A DNA stretch of 64,000 nt from Octopus vulgaris (Eukaryota): contig OX597818.1 of NCBI GenBank assembly GCA_951406725.2, positions 70,184,001 to 70,248,000 on the forward strand. Direction: 5' to 3'. Positions 38,228 through 52,779 of this stretch are shown one piece after another. Position 1 is the stretch's first letter, and the number at the start of each line of letters is the position of its first letter. The notes under the pieces are model-generated. The model was given only the letters and a program-made list of their open reading frames with translations, searched no databases and was not told where the DNA came from. Both the position numbers and the translations under genes were made by a program.

Positions 38228-40457
38228 TTATATATATATAATGCAAATAATTCTACATTTGTAAAACAGGTAAAGGTTGGTGATATGAAAAGCCTGTAGC
38301 CATAAAACTTCTCCTTTTCAAATTTTCTCCTCTCTCAGCCATGTTTGCATGGTCAATCATGCATTAAAAAGGAATAGATACCTATACCAGCTGATAGCTT
38401 TAATATTCATTACGATTAGAATGTGTCCAGTCTTTGTAGATATCTTCCACATCCTTTGCTTCTGGATAACATCACAGAGCCCCACATTTCTTACACTGCC
38501 ATCACACTGTCATTTGATCAGCAATGCTTTGTTCTTCTGATTTCTTCTAATCCCTTCACGTTCTGGCTCTAATACAACCACTGCTACACCACCCAATAAG
38601 GATAAGGTAAATAAACAGAAACTATCATTTCTCTCTTGTAAACCATATTTTATTAATAAAACTAAACAGTAGAAGTCCATATTGACAACATTAGAATGTT
38701 TTGGGTTCAAAACCCACCGGGGTTGAGTTTACCTTTCATTCTTCTCTGTTTAAGTAAAAGAATAATTGGCAATTTTTAAATTTTGTACAATCGAATATGC
38801 CTTGGCAATATGGGTATGAGGTTGCCATAATTATTTATGGTTTGACTTGGACATTTTATAAGAGACCAAATCTCCCCAGATTTGACTATAACCAATAATT
38901 TTCACTGAGAGAAAGAGAAAGAAAAGCCCCAGTACTGGACTGGTTTTATATTTATTGACTTGAAAGGATGAAAGGCAAAGATGGACTTGGTGGGATTTGA
39001 ACTAAGAATTACAAGAATAAAACTGAATACCCCAGGGTACTCTTGTTTGTCACTCTAATAACTACCAGTTCACTGCTTGATACTATGAAATATATGAGTG
39101 TCTGCAAAATTTTGGTTAGGCACTGATGTCATGCATCCTTGTTGGATTTACTTTCAAAGAGGCACAGTAGTCACAATTTTAAAGTACTTTAACGTACCGG
39201 CTTACTGGAATGGTTGAACTGGAACCTTTCTCCAGCCATTGTGTGGTGTCATTCCTTTACAGTTGAATAACTTGAATTAAGACAGTCATTTCACAAACTA
39301 ATTGATCCTCAAATTCTCATGCAAATATCCAAATTGGAAGAATTCTATCACTGGCACCAACTGTAGAACTGTTGATCAATTAGAAAGTGATGAAACAATT
39401 CCAGTTTAGCATCATAAATTCCAACTATTTCAACAGTACCTATCCATTTACATGTAATTCCCTGTCATCAGAGTCATCAGGCTACTTCTACAGACTCTGT
39501 GACTCAGAACTAAGTGCCAATGTAACATGACTCAATAAATGATATTCATGTTTCTCTCTCTCTCTCTTTTTTTTTTTTTTTTTAGTTTTTCTTCTGAACC
39601 AAAATATCTGTGGCCAGAGAGTTGGAATATTCATGGCAGCAGACATGTCTTCATGATAAATGACTGGCTGCTGTTCGGTTTGATATCAGAATTAGATTAT
39701 CTTTGGATCTCTTTTATAATTGTTACCATGAGTAATGACAAACTGCCATGAACAATGTCTCTACAGTGTTCTGGGGAAAAAATGTAGATGTTCAAATGTA
39801 AAGCTTGCAAGAGAAAAGCTTTTGCGTAATTACGTTGATTTGATTATTTGTTGTTATTGTAAAGATGAAAGGAGGCTTAGCAGAACATAACATCCCATTG
39901 GGTTCTTGCAGATATCAGAGAGATAGAAGGAAATGAATGCTAGAGATTAGAACAATAGATGCTTCAGTTTGAGAAGCACTTAAACTTTAATCCTTCCATA
40001 CACCAGTTACTTGGAATATGATATCCCTTCCAGTCAATAAAAGACAATAAATCGACCACTCAAAAGACTAATTTTCTTTAATTACCAAAACCCTCAAACT
40101 TGTATCTTGACAAAAGCTGAATACGATGTATTTCTCTTCATTTGGTTTATCATTATGATGATGATGATGATGTCATCTCCTTGAAACCTGCTTATGCCTG
40201 TATCCAAGGCTGTGGTTCTTATGGAGTCACTCAACAAATATCTTGATGTGTTTGACCTTTTGAGATATAAACCTTACCTGAGACCACCTTTCATTCAGTT
40301 ATAAATGTATCTCATATTAAAAATGTTTGATTCTAAATTAAAACATTCCAACATAACCTCATACTTAATTAATATGTTCTAGACTTCAGTCTAATTAAGG
40401 ATTTTACTTAGGTACCAGACCAGAAATTTAGAGATAGGAAAAGTTAATTGAAGACAA

Positions 40458-40972
40458 AGGCATAAATGTGTAGTAAGAAACTTGCTTCCACCCACGTGTT
40501 TCTGTGTTCAGGCCCACATCATGGCATCGTGGGAAAGTATTTTCTACTAAAGCATCAGACCAATTAAAACCTTGTGAGTTGATTTGGTAAACAGAAACTG
40601 AAAGAAGTCTGTCTTATATATATATTCAGTGGTTTGAGCATTGGGCTCACAATTATGAGGTAGAGAGTTCAATTCCTGGACCAGGCTGTGTGTTGTGTTC
40701 TTGAGCAAGACACTTTATTTCATGTTGCTCCAGTTCACTCAGCTGTACAAATGAGTTGCAACATTACTGGTGCCAAGCTGTATCGGCCCCTCTGCCTTTC
40801 CTTTGGATAACATCGATGGCCTGGAGAGGGGAGGCTGGTATGCATAGGCAACTGCTGGCCTTCCATAAACAACCTCACCCAGACTTGTGCCTCGGAGAGG
40901 AACATTCTAGGTGCAATCACATTGTCATTCATGACCAAAGAGGGTCTTTACCCTAAATATATATATACACAA

Positions 40973-41004
<32 letters not shown>

Positions 41005-41255
41005 ATGCACATATATATATGTATGTGGGTGGGTGTGTCTTTGTGTCTGTGCTTGCCCCCCACCATCATTCCACAACTGGTGTTGGTGTGTTTACATCCT
41101 TGTAACTTAGTAGTTTGGCAAAAAAGACTGATAGAATAAGTACCAGGCTTTAAAAAGAAATAAGCTATGGGGTCAATTCATTTGACTAAAAGTTCTTCAA
41201 GACAGTGCCTCAGCATGGCTGCAATTTAATAACTGAAATAAATAAATAAATAAAA
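40458..41255 (+). mobile_element. SINE family A (long form) interrupted by a CORE-like SINE at ~40628-40955
   Basis: The first half ends GAAAGAAGTCTGTC-(TA)n. The inserted SINE has B-box GAGTTCAATTCC and TTCTTGAGCAAGACACTTTA. The second half resumes after (CA)n/(TG)n. Confidence 0.75.
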
Positions 41256-41439
41256 GATATAAAAAAATGACAAAAGATACCAATTCTTCCTTTTTCAAAA
41301 CTAAATACCAGAAATTTCTTTTCCTCCATTTAATGTCTATAAACCATCAATTATTCTCTCTTTTGAGTTTTAAGGCAGCAAAAATAATTAATTTTTTTCT
41401 TCCAAGCAGCTCAATGTCCAGAACGTGTTGAATGTGATT

Positions 41440-41990
41440 TCTATAAACTGAAATGGTTGTAAGAGAAAGCATTCCAACATAATATTGCAAATATTGATAA
41501 TTAATTTCCTTAAAATCCCAGACTGACATCACACTAAATCTACTTTTGTACAGCTCATCCTGAATCAAGCATTCTGTGATCATTCCATCCAGGAAATACA
41601 TTTTGTGACCATCCCATCTTTTTTTTCTCCAGTGAGTAACCAATGTATGACTAAGTACATCATGTAGCCTACTAGGTACATGTGAAAATAATGTCAGTAT
41701 TGTTTCTTCCATCAGCTTAACAGGACACACATTTAAGAACAGACTACACCAGCATATGAGCTCTTTCAAATACTTTAATAAAGAAAATATTACATCACTG
41801 ACAAAACACAACCAAAAAAAGAATTGGGTGACTTTTAAGATATTGTATGTCTGTCTTTGACACTGCTACCCATACAAAAATAATTCAAACTGATGCAGTT
41901 TATGTTTGGCTGAGAAATATTATGTTATATACCATTACACATCAATAATAAACAGAGAGATCTAGTATAAGCTTGCAGATATTATATGAT
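41440..41990 (+). mobile_element. Penelope-like element, decayed thumb/GIY-YIG region
   Basis: Broken frames NIDN*FP...QCMTKYIM*...SISLTGHTFKNRLHQHMSSFKYFNKENITSLTKH...YPYKNNSN*CSLCLAEKYYVI...LV*ACR match the PLE consensus YIGLT..FK.R...H..SF...T.LSKH...C.LCL.EK..I...CRH. Confidence 0.75.
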
Positions 41991-42506
41991 GCCTTTGTTA
42001 TCTCTTTCCAACAAAGAGAGAGAGAACTCTGGTGACATCACACATTGTGTGATATAGCACCATCCTATCCTTTGTCTCAGCAATTATGGAAGTCTGATGA
42101 AGTTTATTGCCCTAATTCATGGGTAATAGTATGAAACTATGATACATAGAGGGCTACATGTACCACATGTGCACACATGCATGCATACGTGCACATGTAG
42201 ATAGATAGATAGACAGATAGACAGATAGGCAGATAGATAGATAGTTAGAGAGAAAGATAGACAGCTAGACACACAAGCAGGCAGGCAGACAGACAGAATG
42301 GATAGATGCTTGTGTATCTGTATGTACTTTGATTCACAACTGACAGGAAAGAAACTACTCACAATGTTTTGTAATTTGTTCTTTTATCAAAAGTTTCCTA
42401 TTTACATTCCTCACATGCACACAAACATATACACCTGCTAATACAAAAACCCACCCACACTCACGCATACATACACTCTCTCACACATAGTCTCTCTCTC
42501 ACACAT

Positions 42507-42545
<39 letters not shown>

Positions 42546-42686
42546 CACACACATATTTAATATATCACCTAATAAAGAATTAAGTATATTCTTTTATGTA
42601 TTAAATTTTCTTCCATTTCTAAAAGCAACTGTGATGTGTTATGTGTGTGTGTGTGTGTGTGTGTATTAAACATTTACAAATAAGAC

Positions 42687-42800
42687 ATAAGGTAGAAAAA
42701 GTGAACAGAACTGCCTCTGGGAATTGAACCATGCATCTGTTGCTTTATGACAGATACATATTTGGAATCCCATAGGCAGTTCTGTTCACTCTTTACTTAT
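42687..42800. repeat. ~110-nt hairpin formed by inverted duplication of a B-box-containing sequence
   Basis: AGTGAACAGAACTGCCTCTGGGA (42700-22) pairs with TCCCATAGGCAGTTCTGTTCACT (42768-90) at 22/23 positions. The inner stem is ATGCATCTGTTG/TGACAGATACAT. Confidence 0.85.
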
Positions 42801-44304
42801 ATAATGTATGTACATGGTGAGTGTGCGTGTATATATATATAGATATAAATCTGCTCATGTATTTTGTGTGTGTGTTTGTGTGTGCATCTGGCAGCAGCTC
42901 TATCATATAAATATATATCATTACAGCCTTCACTTCCCCCAGCAAATGTGAACTGTTATAGTTTTGTATATAGAGCCAACACAATAAATGTAAACACACA
43001 CACACTCCCTCACACACACACACACACTCACACACACACACGTTATATTACATGGTATACACACAGACATAACTCTGTATATACTCCTCTATTTATACAT
43101 TGCCATACTTATCTGTTACTGCAGCTCTGTCTCTTTGCATATTAATGCATTATAAATCTAATTTATTATCCTTTTATATGTTTAAATATTTAGAATATCA
43201 ATATTTCATAAAGCAGCTTATTTCTGCAGATTTCATTTATTAATAATAGAAACCTTCATCACTGAACAAAATTAATTCTTAACTGAAAGAAAATTAAAAT
43301 CATTTCTTTTCCCATTTACCTGACAACTAATACCTGCAATATTCTCTTCTTTCTGCTAAATTACAATGGCCATCACTTTTAAGTGAATTATATTGGTCAT
43401 CATAAGAAGGAGGTAGGTGTTTATTTTATCATAGCAGTGCATTGAAATCAACTGAAAATAGAAACTGGATTGATGTCTTGTGTTGCTGTTGTCAGGATCT
43501 TCTTCTATGTACGTGTTGCTACAGTTGTTTCCATTCAGAATTTCAGGATAACAAACTGTTTAGTGGTGCCAACATTATACAAACGTATTGAACACTTACC
43601 ATTTTTTTTATGATCCCTTCCCTGAAGATCTCCATCAGGATTAGTTTAGCAAAATTATATTTATTAAGAATAACCCATTTTATTTAACATTTGTTTTTCC
43701 AAGCCAGCATGGGCTTCATGCCCATCTTGTTGAGGCATTGTTTTCCAATCAGATGCCCTTTAAGTCCTCTGTTTTCAACTAAGGTATCTCTTATTATAGT
43801 AATTGATGTTGTTGATAAGAGAAATTACAGCATCACTACCTTTGATGAAGTGATTTTTTGGAGAAGTAGAGATGCAACCACATGCAATTACAATGGGCTT
43901 CTTTCAGTTTCTGTTTTTTGAATACACTCAGGACCCACTTGCCCAAGCCCTAATCTATAAAAGATACTTGCTCAAAGCCATGTTCTTCAAAAGCTAACTT
44001 CTCAACCAAACAGTCATACTGGTGACTGGTGTCTTAGGGTTAGTTTTCTTAAAGATTTGATTTGGCAGAAGATGCTGAGCCCATCGTCTTCACAGATCAT
44101 CCGATGAGTTGATGTTGTTAACAAGTGCAAGGAAGAACTTTCAAAGTGACAACATTTACAAGGGGAGAACAGGGAATCATGGTAAATGTGGCCCCAGGGA
44201 AAGGGTGATACAATAAGGGTAATTTAAATGTGGCCCCTGGGGTAGGAATAACATAATAAGGGTGACGTATATTTGAAATCTTTTATTCAGTGTGTTAAGC
44301 TCCT

Positions 44305-44601
44305 TGGCTCCAGTGCTGGTGGCTTGTAAAAGGCACCATCTGAACATGGCAGATGCCAGTACCCTCTGACTGGCCCCTTTGCTGGTGGCACATAAAAAGA
44401 ACTTTCAGAAAGTAATTGATGCCAGGCCCACCTAACTGGCTCCTGTGCCACTGGCACCACTACACTCTCAGAGTGGTTGGCGTTAGGAAGGGCATCCAGC
44501 TGTAGAAACATTGCCGGATCAGATTGGAGCCTCCAGACCTCAGTCAAACCATCCAACCCATGCCAGCATGGAAAACAGACGTTAAACGATGATGATGATG
44601 A
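44305..44601 (+). mobile_element. RTE tail copy, older (3 units)
   Basis: Diverged hairpin units, conserved block and (GAT)n. Confidence 0.8.
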
Positions 44602-45429
44602 TCATCATCATGAAGACAGAGCTGTGTGAATAAGTTTACATTTCAAGTTCAACACATGGTATGGTACTTAGTGTAATTCTTCTATTGTAGTTCTTGTGCT
44701 GGCCAATTCAAAGGTAGCGGAATTTGGTGAAAGGAAACTGTATAGAAATGTGTGTTTGTTTACAATGTGGTTAATAGAATTGTGTGTGCACACACGTGTA
44801 TATATATGTGTGTATGTGTGTGTGTGTTTACATTGATAGGAACCTATGTTTATTTTGTGTCCCTTTATATCCAAACCAGTGGCTGAAACTTTCAATAAAC
44901 AGAAGCTCAGAATTGTTGACGCATGGCATAAACTACCTGCCTTTAGTTGTTAGCTGTCAGGACAAATATTCCCTGTTTCCCAAATTCGCCAACAGATAAT
45001 GGAACCTCATGTGACCCCTGGCCTTACTCCCATCAAAACATTCAACCCATACTAGCATGGAAAACTGATGGTAAATGATGATGATGATGGTGGTGGTGGT
45101 GGCAACGACGATGATGATGATGAGGAATTCTTGACATACTTATGGTCCCTTACCTCTTTGCTGTTCACTTTTCTTGATTTTTCGTTTTATTCTGTTGACT
45201 GTGGATGTCCATTGTGGCTTTCATTACTCTCTTTCTTTACTTGACTCAAATGTCCCCTTTCTGTCTCCCCTTTCATCCTTTTCTGATGAGTTGTAGTGCA
45301 CTGGAGCCCTGTATATAATATGTTGAATAGTTGTTGTTGTATTTGTGGGGGTCGAATTTGACACTCAGCAGAGTCCATCATGAGGATCAGCCCAACACCA
45401 AACTTTAACAAGCCAGGCAATGTTCCTCT

Positions 45430-45665
45430 GTCAAGTGACTTTGGCAAACGAAGATACATGATTCATGGTGCTGAAAGGATTGGCAAAAGACACTTTCTTC
45501 TTTGGTCAAGTCCTCATTGATCTTTTTCAGTTCCACTTGAGAAGGAATATGAGAATGGAGAAAAAAGTACTCTCTTCCTCTCTCAGTGGATTTGTTAAAA
45601 GGTGGGTGACCATGGCAAAAATGATTCAGGGGAATGGACCTACTCTTAGCATACACCTGTGGGTT
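45430..45665 (+). mobile_element. Possible L1/Tx1-clade LINE ORF2 C-terminus, decayed
   Basis: VTLANEDT*FMVLKGLAKDTFFFGQVLIDLFQFHLRRNMRMEKKVL...FVKRWVTMAKM resembles the AK..IW..R...F...W ending of L1/Tx1 ORF2 (from memory). Confidence 0.4.
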
Positions 45666-45794
45666 AGACAACAACTACTGGGTGAGGACATGTGCTTTTA
45701 CTATTCTAGATAATTCTGGATCTGTGAGATTCTTTGATTGGCCTTGGTGAGGGTTCTTCTGTATCAGACACATATTTTGTATACTACTTTTTTA

Positions 45795-45994
45795 TTCTTT
45801 TATTTGTTTCAGTCATTTGACTGCGGCCATGCTGGAGCACAGCCTTTACTCAAAGAAATTGACCCCAAAACTTATTCTATCAGTCTCTTTGGTCAAACAC
45901 TAAGTTACAGAAATATAAACACACCAACACCAGTTGTCAAGCGATGATGGGGGGACAAACACAGATACACAGATACAGAAACATATACATTTAT

Positions 45995-46061
<67 letters not shown>

Positions 46062-46180
46062 ATGGGCTTCTTTCAGTTTCCATCAACCAAATCCACTCAC
46101 AAGAATTTGATTGGCCTGAGGCTATAGTAGAAGACACTTGCCCAAAGTCCCACAAACTTCTTGCCTCACAGCCTTGCCTG
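45795..46180 (-). mobile_element. SINE family A, long form
   Basis: Reverse complement of 21561-21955 with an expanded central microsatellite. Confidence 0.8.
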
Positions 46181-48449
46181 TCTATTTTTATCGCTTTTCA
46201 ACCTCTTTTCCTTTCCTTCTCATCTTTTATGTAAATTCCAGCACAAATCATGAGCTATTCTTGTAATGTCTCCCACACCACCTCCAGCAAATAAAAAAAA
46301 CAGTTCTGGTACCAAAATCTGAAACCATTATCAAAAAAGGCAACGAGCTGTCAGAATTGTTAGCATGTCAGGCAAAATAGCATTTCTTCTGGCACTTTAC
46401 GTTATGAGTTCAAATCTTGCTGAGGTCAGTTTTGCTTTTCATCCATTCAGGGTTGATAAAACAAAATAGCAGTCAAGCATGAGCGAGATACCATTGTCTA
46501 GCCTCCGCCTTCAAAACTTCAAACTTTGTGACCAGAGCAAAAAGAGTTGTTGTTGTTGTTATTAACAGACTGAGATTAATAGAGGGGTTGATAGGATCAA
46601 TTAAAACTGTTGAAGGCATTCTCGCAGTATGAAATCAATAAAAAATGTAAAAAAGCAAGACATTAACAGAGAGAGAGTTAGATAGGGGACGGACATCAAG
46701 GCAGACATACAGACAGACTTACGTAGGAGACAGAGAAATACACAGACAGAAAAATAAAGTGACTGAGACAGGTAGATATATAAATAGATAGGTGGGAATG
46801 GAAAAAGAGAAATAAACTGAGGAAGAACAGCAATCCATAAAATATTTCTTTTAAAATAAAGAATTGAAGAGGTGTAAAACAAAATATTACTAAGGATAAA
46901 AAGAAAACTCGTTAATTGTTACAAAATGTAATCAAAAATTTTAAATTATTAGTCATTAAGAGCAACGCTAAAATTTTAAAAGATACAAATTTATTTTCTT
47001 TTTGGAGCAAGAATACCAGCCAAAGTCAAAAACCTGAATTTTTTATTTTTGAAAAAAATAGGAAAGGAAATTAATTGATTTAGCAATTTAGTTGAAGTCA
47101 AAATTGTTTGGAATCTTCTGATGCCATGCTGATATTTAATACGGCGGCAAGAGATTTATGAAAATTAAATGATCCCTTCAATGACTTTTCACTTTCCTGT
47201 TTTGTTTATTTGTTCTTTTGGGGGCATTTTTGTTTTCGTTTTTTTTTTATTTTCCTAATGCCCCCCCACTGTCTGTCTGTCTTTCTCTCTTTCTCACCCC
47301 CACTCTTTTTCCCCACCAGCCTTTTTTTCTGGCACTTTTTAAACCCTAATCAAACAGAAAGAGATATCACTAATGCAAGTTTCTCAGGAAATGTTAAAAG
47401 AAATAACATTTTATTTTAATAGGCAGAGACGAAAATTTTCTTTTTGCTTTTGTTTTTTATTTTGAATCATTTAAACTGAGTAATTAAGAAAAATTAAAGA
47501 TAATCAATCGTTATCTCCATCTTAAATACTCTGATATTTCCTCAATAGCTCGTTTCGACAAGCTTTTCAAATGTTAACATTTAAAAGTTACCGCAGTGTC
47601 TTAGTTCATTTTATTGCTTTTCAAAAACATGATTTTTCATACAAACTAGTTAAAAAATAAATAAATTAAAAAGCAGGGAAAGGGGAGGATGGAGGGGGTG
47701 ATTTTTAATGGAAATATCTGATAGATAAAGGGTTAGTTTCCTATAAACAACAACAAAACAAAATAAAACTTAATTCAAGAAGAAAAAAGTAAACATTTGT
47801 ATAAAATAAATGAAGAGCATTGCTGTTTTATTTACGAGTTGTTTGTATTTGCAATGAAAGTGAAAGTAGCTTCTGGAAAATATTTAACGCAAAATAACAA
47901 AAGGAAACGTTACAATGTAGATGTTACGACAGTTTTAGAATTTGCTTTCATTAATTCATTTATTCATCATCATCATTGTCATCACCACCAGCATCATCAT
48001 CATCACCATAATTATTACTATTATTATTATTGCGACTACTATGTTTTTTTTGTTTCCATTAATACTTGTCAAAATGCCACATTATTCAAAATAGTGTTGC
48101 CCTTTGTAATAGAAGGTGGGAAGAAGAAGAAGAGAGAAAAGCTAAAAAATGATTCTGATTATATGTTGTATAAGGGATGTGCGATAAAGTAAAATAAACT
48201 AAAATAACAACTTGCTATTAGACATATCAATATTTATTACGAGAGCTTTTAACTTCCCATTGCTAGCCAACGTTTGTTTCACAAAAACAAATTTGCTTAA
48301 TGTTTGCGTGCGTTTTTTCTGTCATGTCCTTTCTAATATGAATTTCATACCATAATGTTTAGGTTCCATGCTGTATCCTTTTCAAGCAAAATGACCATCA
48401 TTATTGCATATATTTTTATTTTCCATGAGATATATACATAGATACAGAG

Positions 48450-48572
<123 letters not shown>

Positions 48573-48814
48573 TATTTAGATATTTTATGTTATATTTCCA
48601 TCTTCAGGAAATCCCCTTTTCGTTGTTATATATGTATATATTTTGCTTTGTTGTTTTTCTATTTCTTTTGAGGAAATTAAGGAACAACCTGTTGTTTCCA
48701 ATCATTTTCCATGCATTCTCCATGATTGAGAAAAAGCAACAAAAAAGAAAAGAATGCAGAAGAAAATACTTGTCTCAAATCTACAAGTTTTTATTGCTTT
48801 CACAACATATATAT

Positions 48815-48865
<51 letters not shown>

Positions 48866-51230
48866 CTCACACAGATACATACAAATATATGTGTGTGTAC
48901 ATATATATATTTATATACATACATAACATACATTCATATACACACACGTGTATAAAATGCATTATACTGCTTACAAGATTCAGCTTGATAAATAATAAAA
49001 AGTAAAAGATCCATTCCCAAATAATTTATCATCACTGCCACTGCCACCATCACCACCATCACCACCATCACCACCATCACCACTATCGGCAATCTCACTC
49101 TCCTCAACTTCACATCAGGCTCTCTCTATAACAAACATGGATTGCTCAGGTTTGCAATATTGATTCTACTAAGTTGCATTGCGTTCAATAATTCTCCTCT
49201 TTGATCATCACATTTAAGTGCCTAATATTAGATCCTCCCTCCTCACTGCCTTCTCAGATGCTAAAAATCCACAAGTTATATTTATGATTGAAATAAAAGA
49301 CGACGTCGTTAGCTCCGATATAAAGGTATCGGATTACACAGTATATTTAGGCTTTAATCATTGGGTGGCCATCCTTGTCCGTGTGTCCACTCACTGCCTG
49401 TGAGGACCTCAAAACTGTCATACCACCCCACTACCATGCACACACCACCAACAACAATTCTATCAAATGAGGGCACATATAGAGAGTTGCTCTGCCTGCT
49501 AGAAATAACAACCAAATCACCCTTGAATTACACTGCAATTGTCTTTTAAAAAATGGATACTTTGAATTATGTTGTCGTGGATTCTCTATTTGTTCTTAAG
49601 AAGGAAAATGGCATGATCACAGCTGGACTGCCTTTAACCGTAGGTCTGTTGGATCGGAATCAACCCAGGGTGAAACAACATCAAAAGTGGGCACAAGGGC
49701 ACTATATTTGTGGGTGGGGCTTAGTCAGTTAATCCCTACTGCATAACTGGTACTTCTTTTATTGATCCTGAAACTATGGAAGGCAAATTTGACTCAACAG
49801 CATTTGAACTTAGAATGTAGAGAGTCAGAGAAAATATCCACAAAGCATTTTCCTGAGTCTTTGATGATTCTTCTTGCTCCAATCATCAAAACTAAAACAT
49901 CTGGAGGAGTTCAAGAACTAGATTAAGCAAACAATATATGGGAAGTGGAAAGTGACATTTTTACCAGACATATGCAACAAGATAATCCAAAGACACAGTT
50001 TTCAATTTTGCATCAGTTATGAATCAGAATCCACACACACACACAGTGTTTAAGCAGTATAATATTTGATCGATTCCTGTCTCCCAAATCATTAAGAAAG
50101 GTATGAAATGGAATACATTGGTTTACATCTGTTTATACACAAACACAGACACAGTTTTATATTTAGTTTCTATAAAATTCAAGGCACGTGGCCTGGTGGT
50201 TATGATTTTCAGCTCATGAACATAAGGCTGTTGGTTCAATTTCTGAACTGTGTGACATTCTATGTCTTAATTTCACATTGCTTCAGTTTCTTCAGCTCTT
50301 ACATCCCACACTCCTTCCTGCTGTCGATTCTGCCATGTTCTGCTGTATCAAGATTGAAGGGCCCAGGTGGAATGGTCCGCACTTGATCATAACTACACTA
50401 GCTCCTAAAACACTTAGCAAAAACATTGTAAATGTTAGCAAGCTGCACTCACTCACAAATGACAGCTGGTTGCACTTAATCAAACGTTTTGCCATATCTG
50501 GATTGGCCTGAAACCCTTATATACATGACAAGCTACACATGTACACTAATTAAAATTAACAACAGCTACTATTACCGCAAGAGTAGAATTTCTCAATTTG
50601 AGTTTAATTATATATTTTGTTAATTATGTATTTTGTTAATTTGAGTTTAATTATATATTCCAGTAATTATATATGTTATTAATTTGCCTATTAATTATTG
50701 AACATTTTTCTCTAAAAAATACGATGGTGGCGGTTTTTCAGATATCAATTTCAATCTATTACATCATTTTCTGTCCATTGGAGGTGATGGGGAATTTTTT
50801 TTTTAATTTTTAGTTTTTTTTCACTTGACAACCCTTTCACCTGTCATGTTTCTAATATTTCTGGCAAAGTGCCAGAATAAGAACTGGGGCTACTTTTCTT
50901 ATACACATAAACCGTTATCAGCATCACCATCCTCCTCCTCATCATCATCATTATCACTTTAAGAGCAACTCTTTCATGCTTGAATGAGTTGCATGGAGTT
51001 TGTTGAGACAGACTTTCTACAACTGGATACCTTTCTTGTTGCCGACCCTCCCCTGGTTCCAAGGAAGGTAATATTTCCCCAGGGATGGTCGTATTTTCAT
51101 GCAACATTAGAAACGAAGTGCACCATTTGTATGACAGCAACACTCATTTAGAACTGTTGCATGGTGTCAAGGCACACACACACATCCATGCACCACATAT
51201 ATACATGCACACACACGTGCATATGCACAA

Positions 51231-51262
<32 letters not shown>

Positions 51263-52779
51263 TTCAGTTTCCATTTATTAAATCCATTCACAAAGCTTTG
51301 GCCAACCCAAGGCTAAAGTAGAGGACACTTCTTTAAAGTACCACACAGTAGGACTGAACCTGCAACCATGTAGTTGGGAATCGTCTTTCACAGAAATATT
51401 TCCATCAACCACTCGACATCTCCATCCACCCCACCTCCTTACAATGTTGTTCATAGCCATTAAAAGACTGGTTTTGCAGCTAATGTTTGAACTGCTGTTG
51501 TTGTTGACTGATCAACTTTGCTATTTCTACCACAAACTGTCATTTTGTTCAATGACAAAAGCTTTTGCTCTCAGTATCTCACTAAAACTGTGGATTTTTA
51601 GCAATTTATGTAATAATATCCATGGATTAAGAGAAATTATTGTAGTAGAGATTATTCTGACATGATACAGACATGAGGAAGGGGAAACAGAACCATTCTG
51701 TTTCCAAACTAAATACTTTCCACTGACATTTCAGTCAATTTGACAACATTCATTTGCTTTTTATTTTTCTTCTCTTATTTTCGCTTTTTTGGTTAAATCT
51801 GGTTCTTGTCTCTAATTAAACTTTACAACAGTAAACTGCTCAATAGACTTAAAAACAAACTTTCAACAGAATTAACTTCCAACGAGACAAGATTGATTGT
51901 GGTTTAGTCAAAAGATAAGAAAAACAAAAAAAGAAAAGAAATTGGTTTAGTGATTAGTGCCAACCCAAAACTAAAAACACCCCAAAGAAAATCTATTTAC
52001 AAACTTACAAAGGCTAATTTCACTAATCTGGGATTAACAGAAAACCAATGAATAAGACTGGAGTGAAAACAATTGGTAAATAGACTTATGTTTTATTGTT
52101 GTTGGTTTTAGTATATCCAAGAAGTCTGAAGTCTTCTTAGATATTCTAAAGCATAAAACACTGTCTCTTTTCTTCCGTCATCATTTTCTGTTCATTACTT
52201 CTTTACTTCTCCTCTCTGTATTTCTCATTTCAAAAGATGCTCTAATGTCTTCCTGTCAACCATGCGAAATTTGAATCACGTGAACAATATAAGCAACTGT
52301 CACAGATATGTTGTGGGCAACACATCGAAGCGAATAGCTTTTCTAGATGTATGAGGGGGAGGGTAAACATGTTGTTACTACAGTTTGTTCTGATACACGT
52401 TGACAACTTTTAATGCGTCTACACAACCAACCACCTTTTTTGTTACCATATTTCTGTTAGAACTGCTTTTGTCTGTTTATTTTGAAAATCATGAAGAATT
52501 TAGTAGAATAACTTAGTCATTATTTATCTTGTGTTGACCCCTCTCAGAATAAGATATACCTTGATTCCTACCCCTGTTGCTTTCTTATATAAATACAAGG
52601 CCAGTAACTTTGAGATGAGCAGGATTAATAGATTATATTAAGCCCAGTATTTGAGTGGTACTTCATTTTACTAATCCTGTACAGCTTTACAACAAAGTTG
52701 ACCTTGGTGAGATTAACTTTGCTGTTCATCTTTCCAATGTCAGACCTGACTCTCCATCACTTATTATGACAAATCTTCC

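Noticed and set aside
41347-41811. 154-aa minus-strand ORF as a host gene
   Set aside because: It is the antisense shadow of a decayed plus-strand PLE GIY-YIG region.
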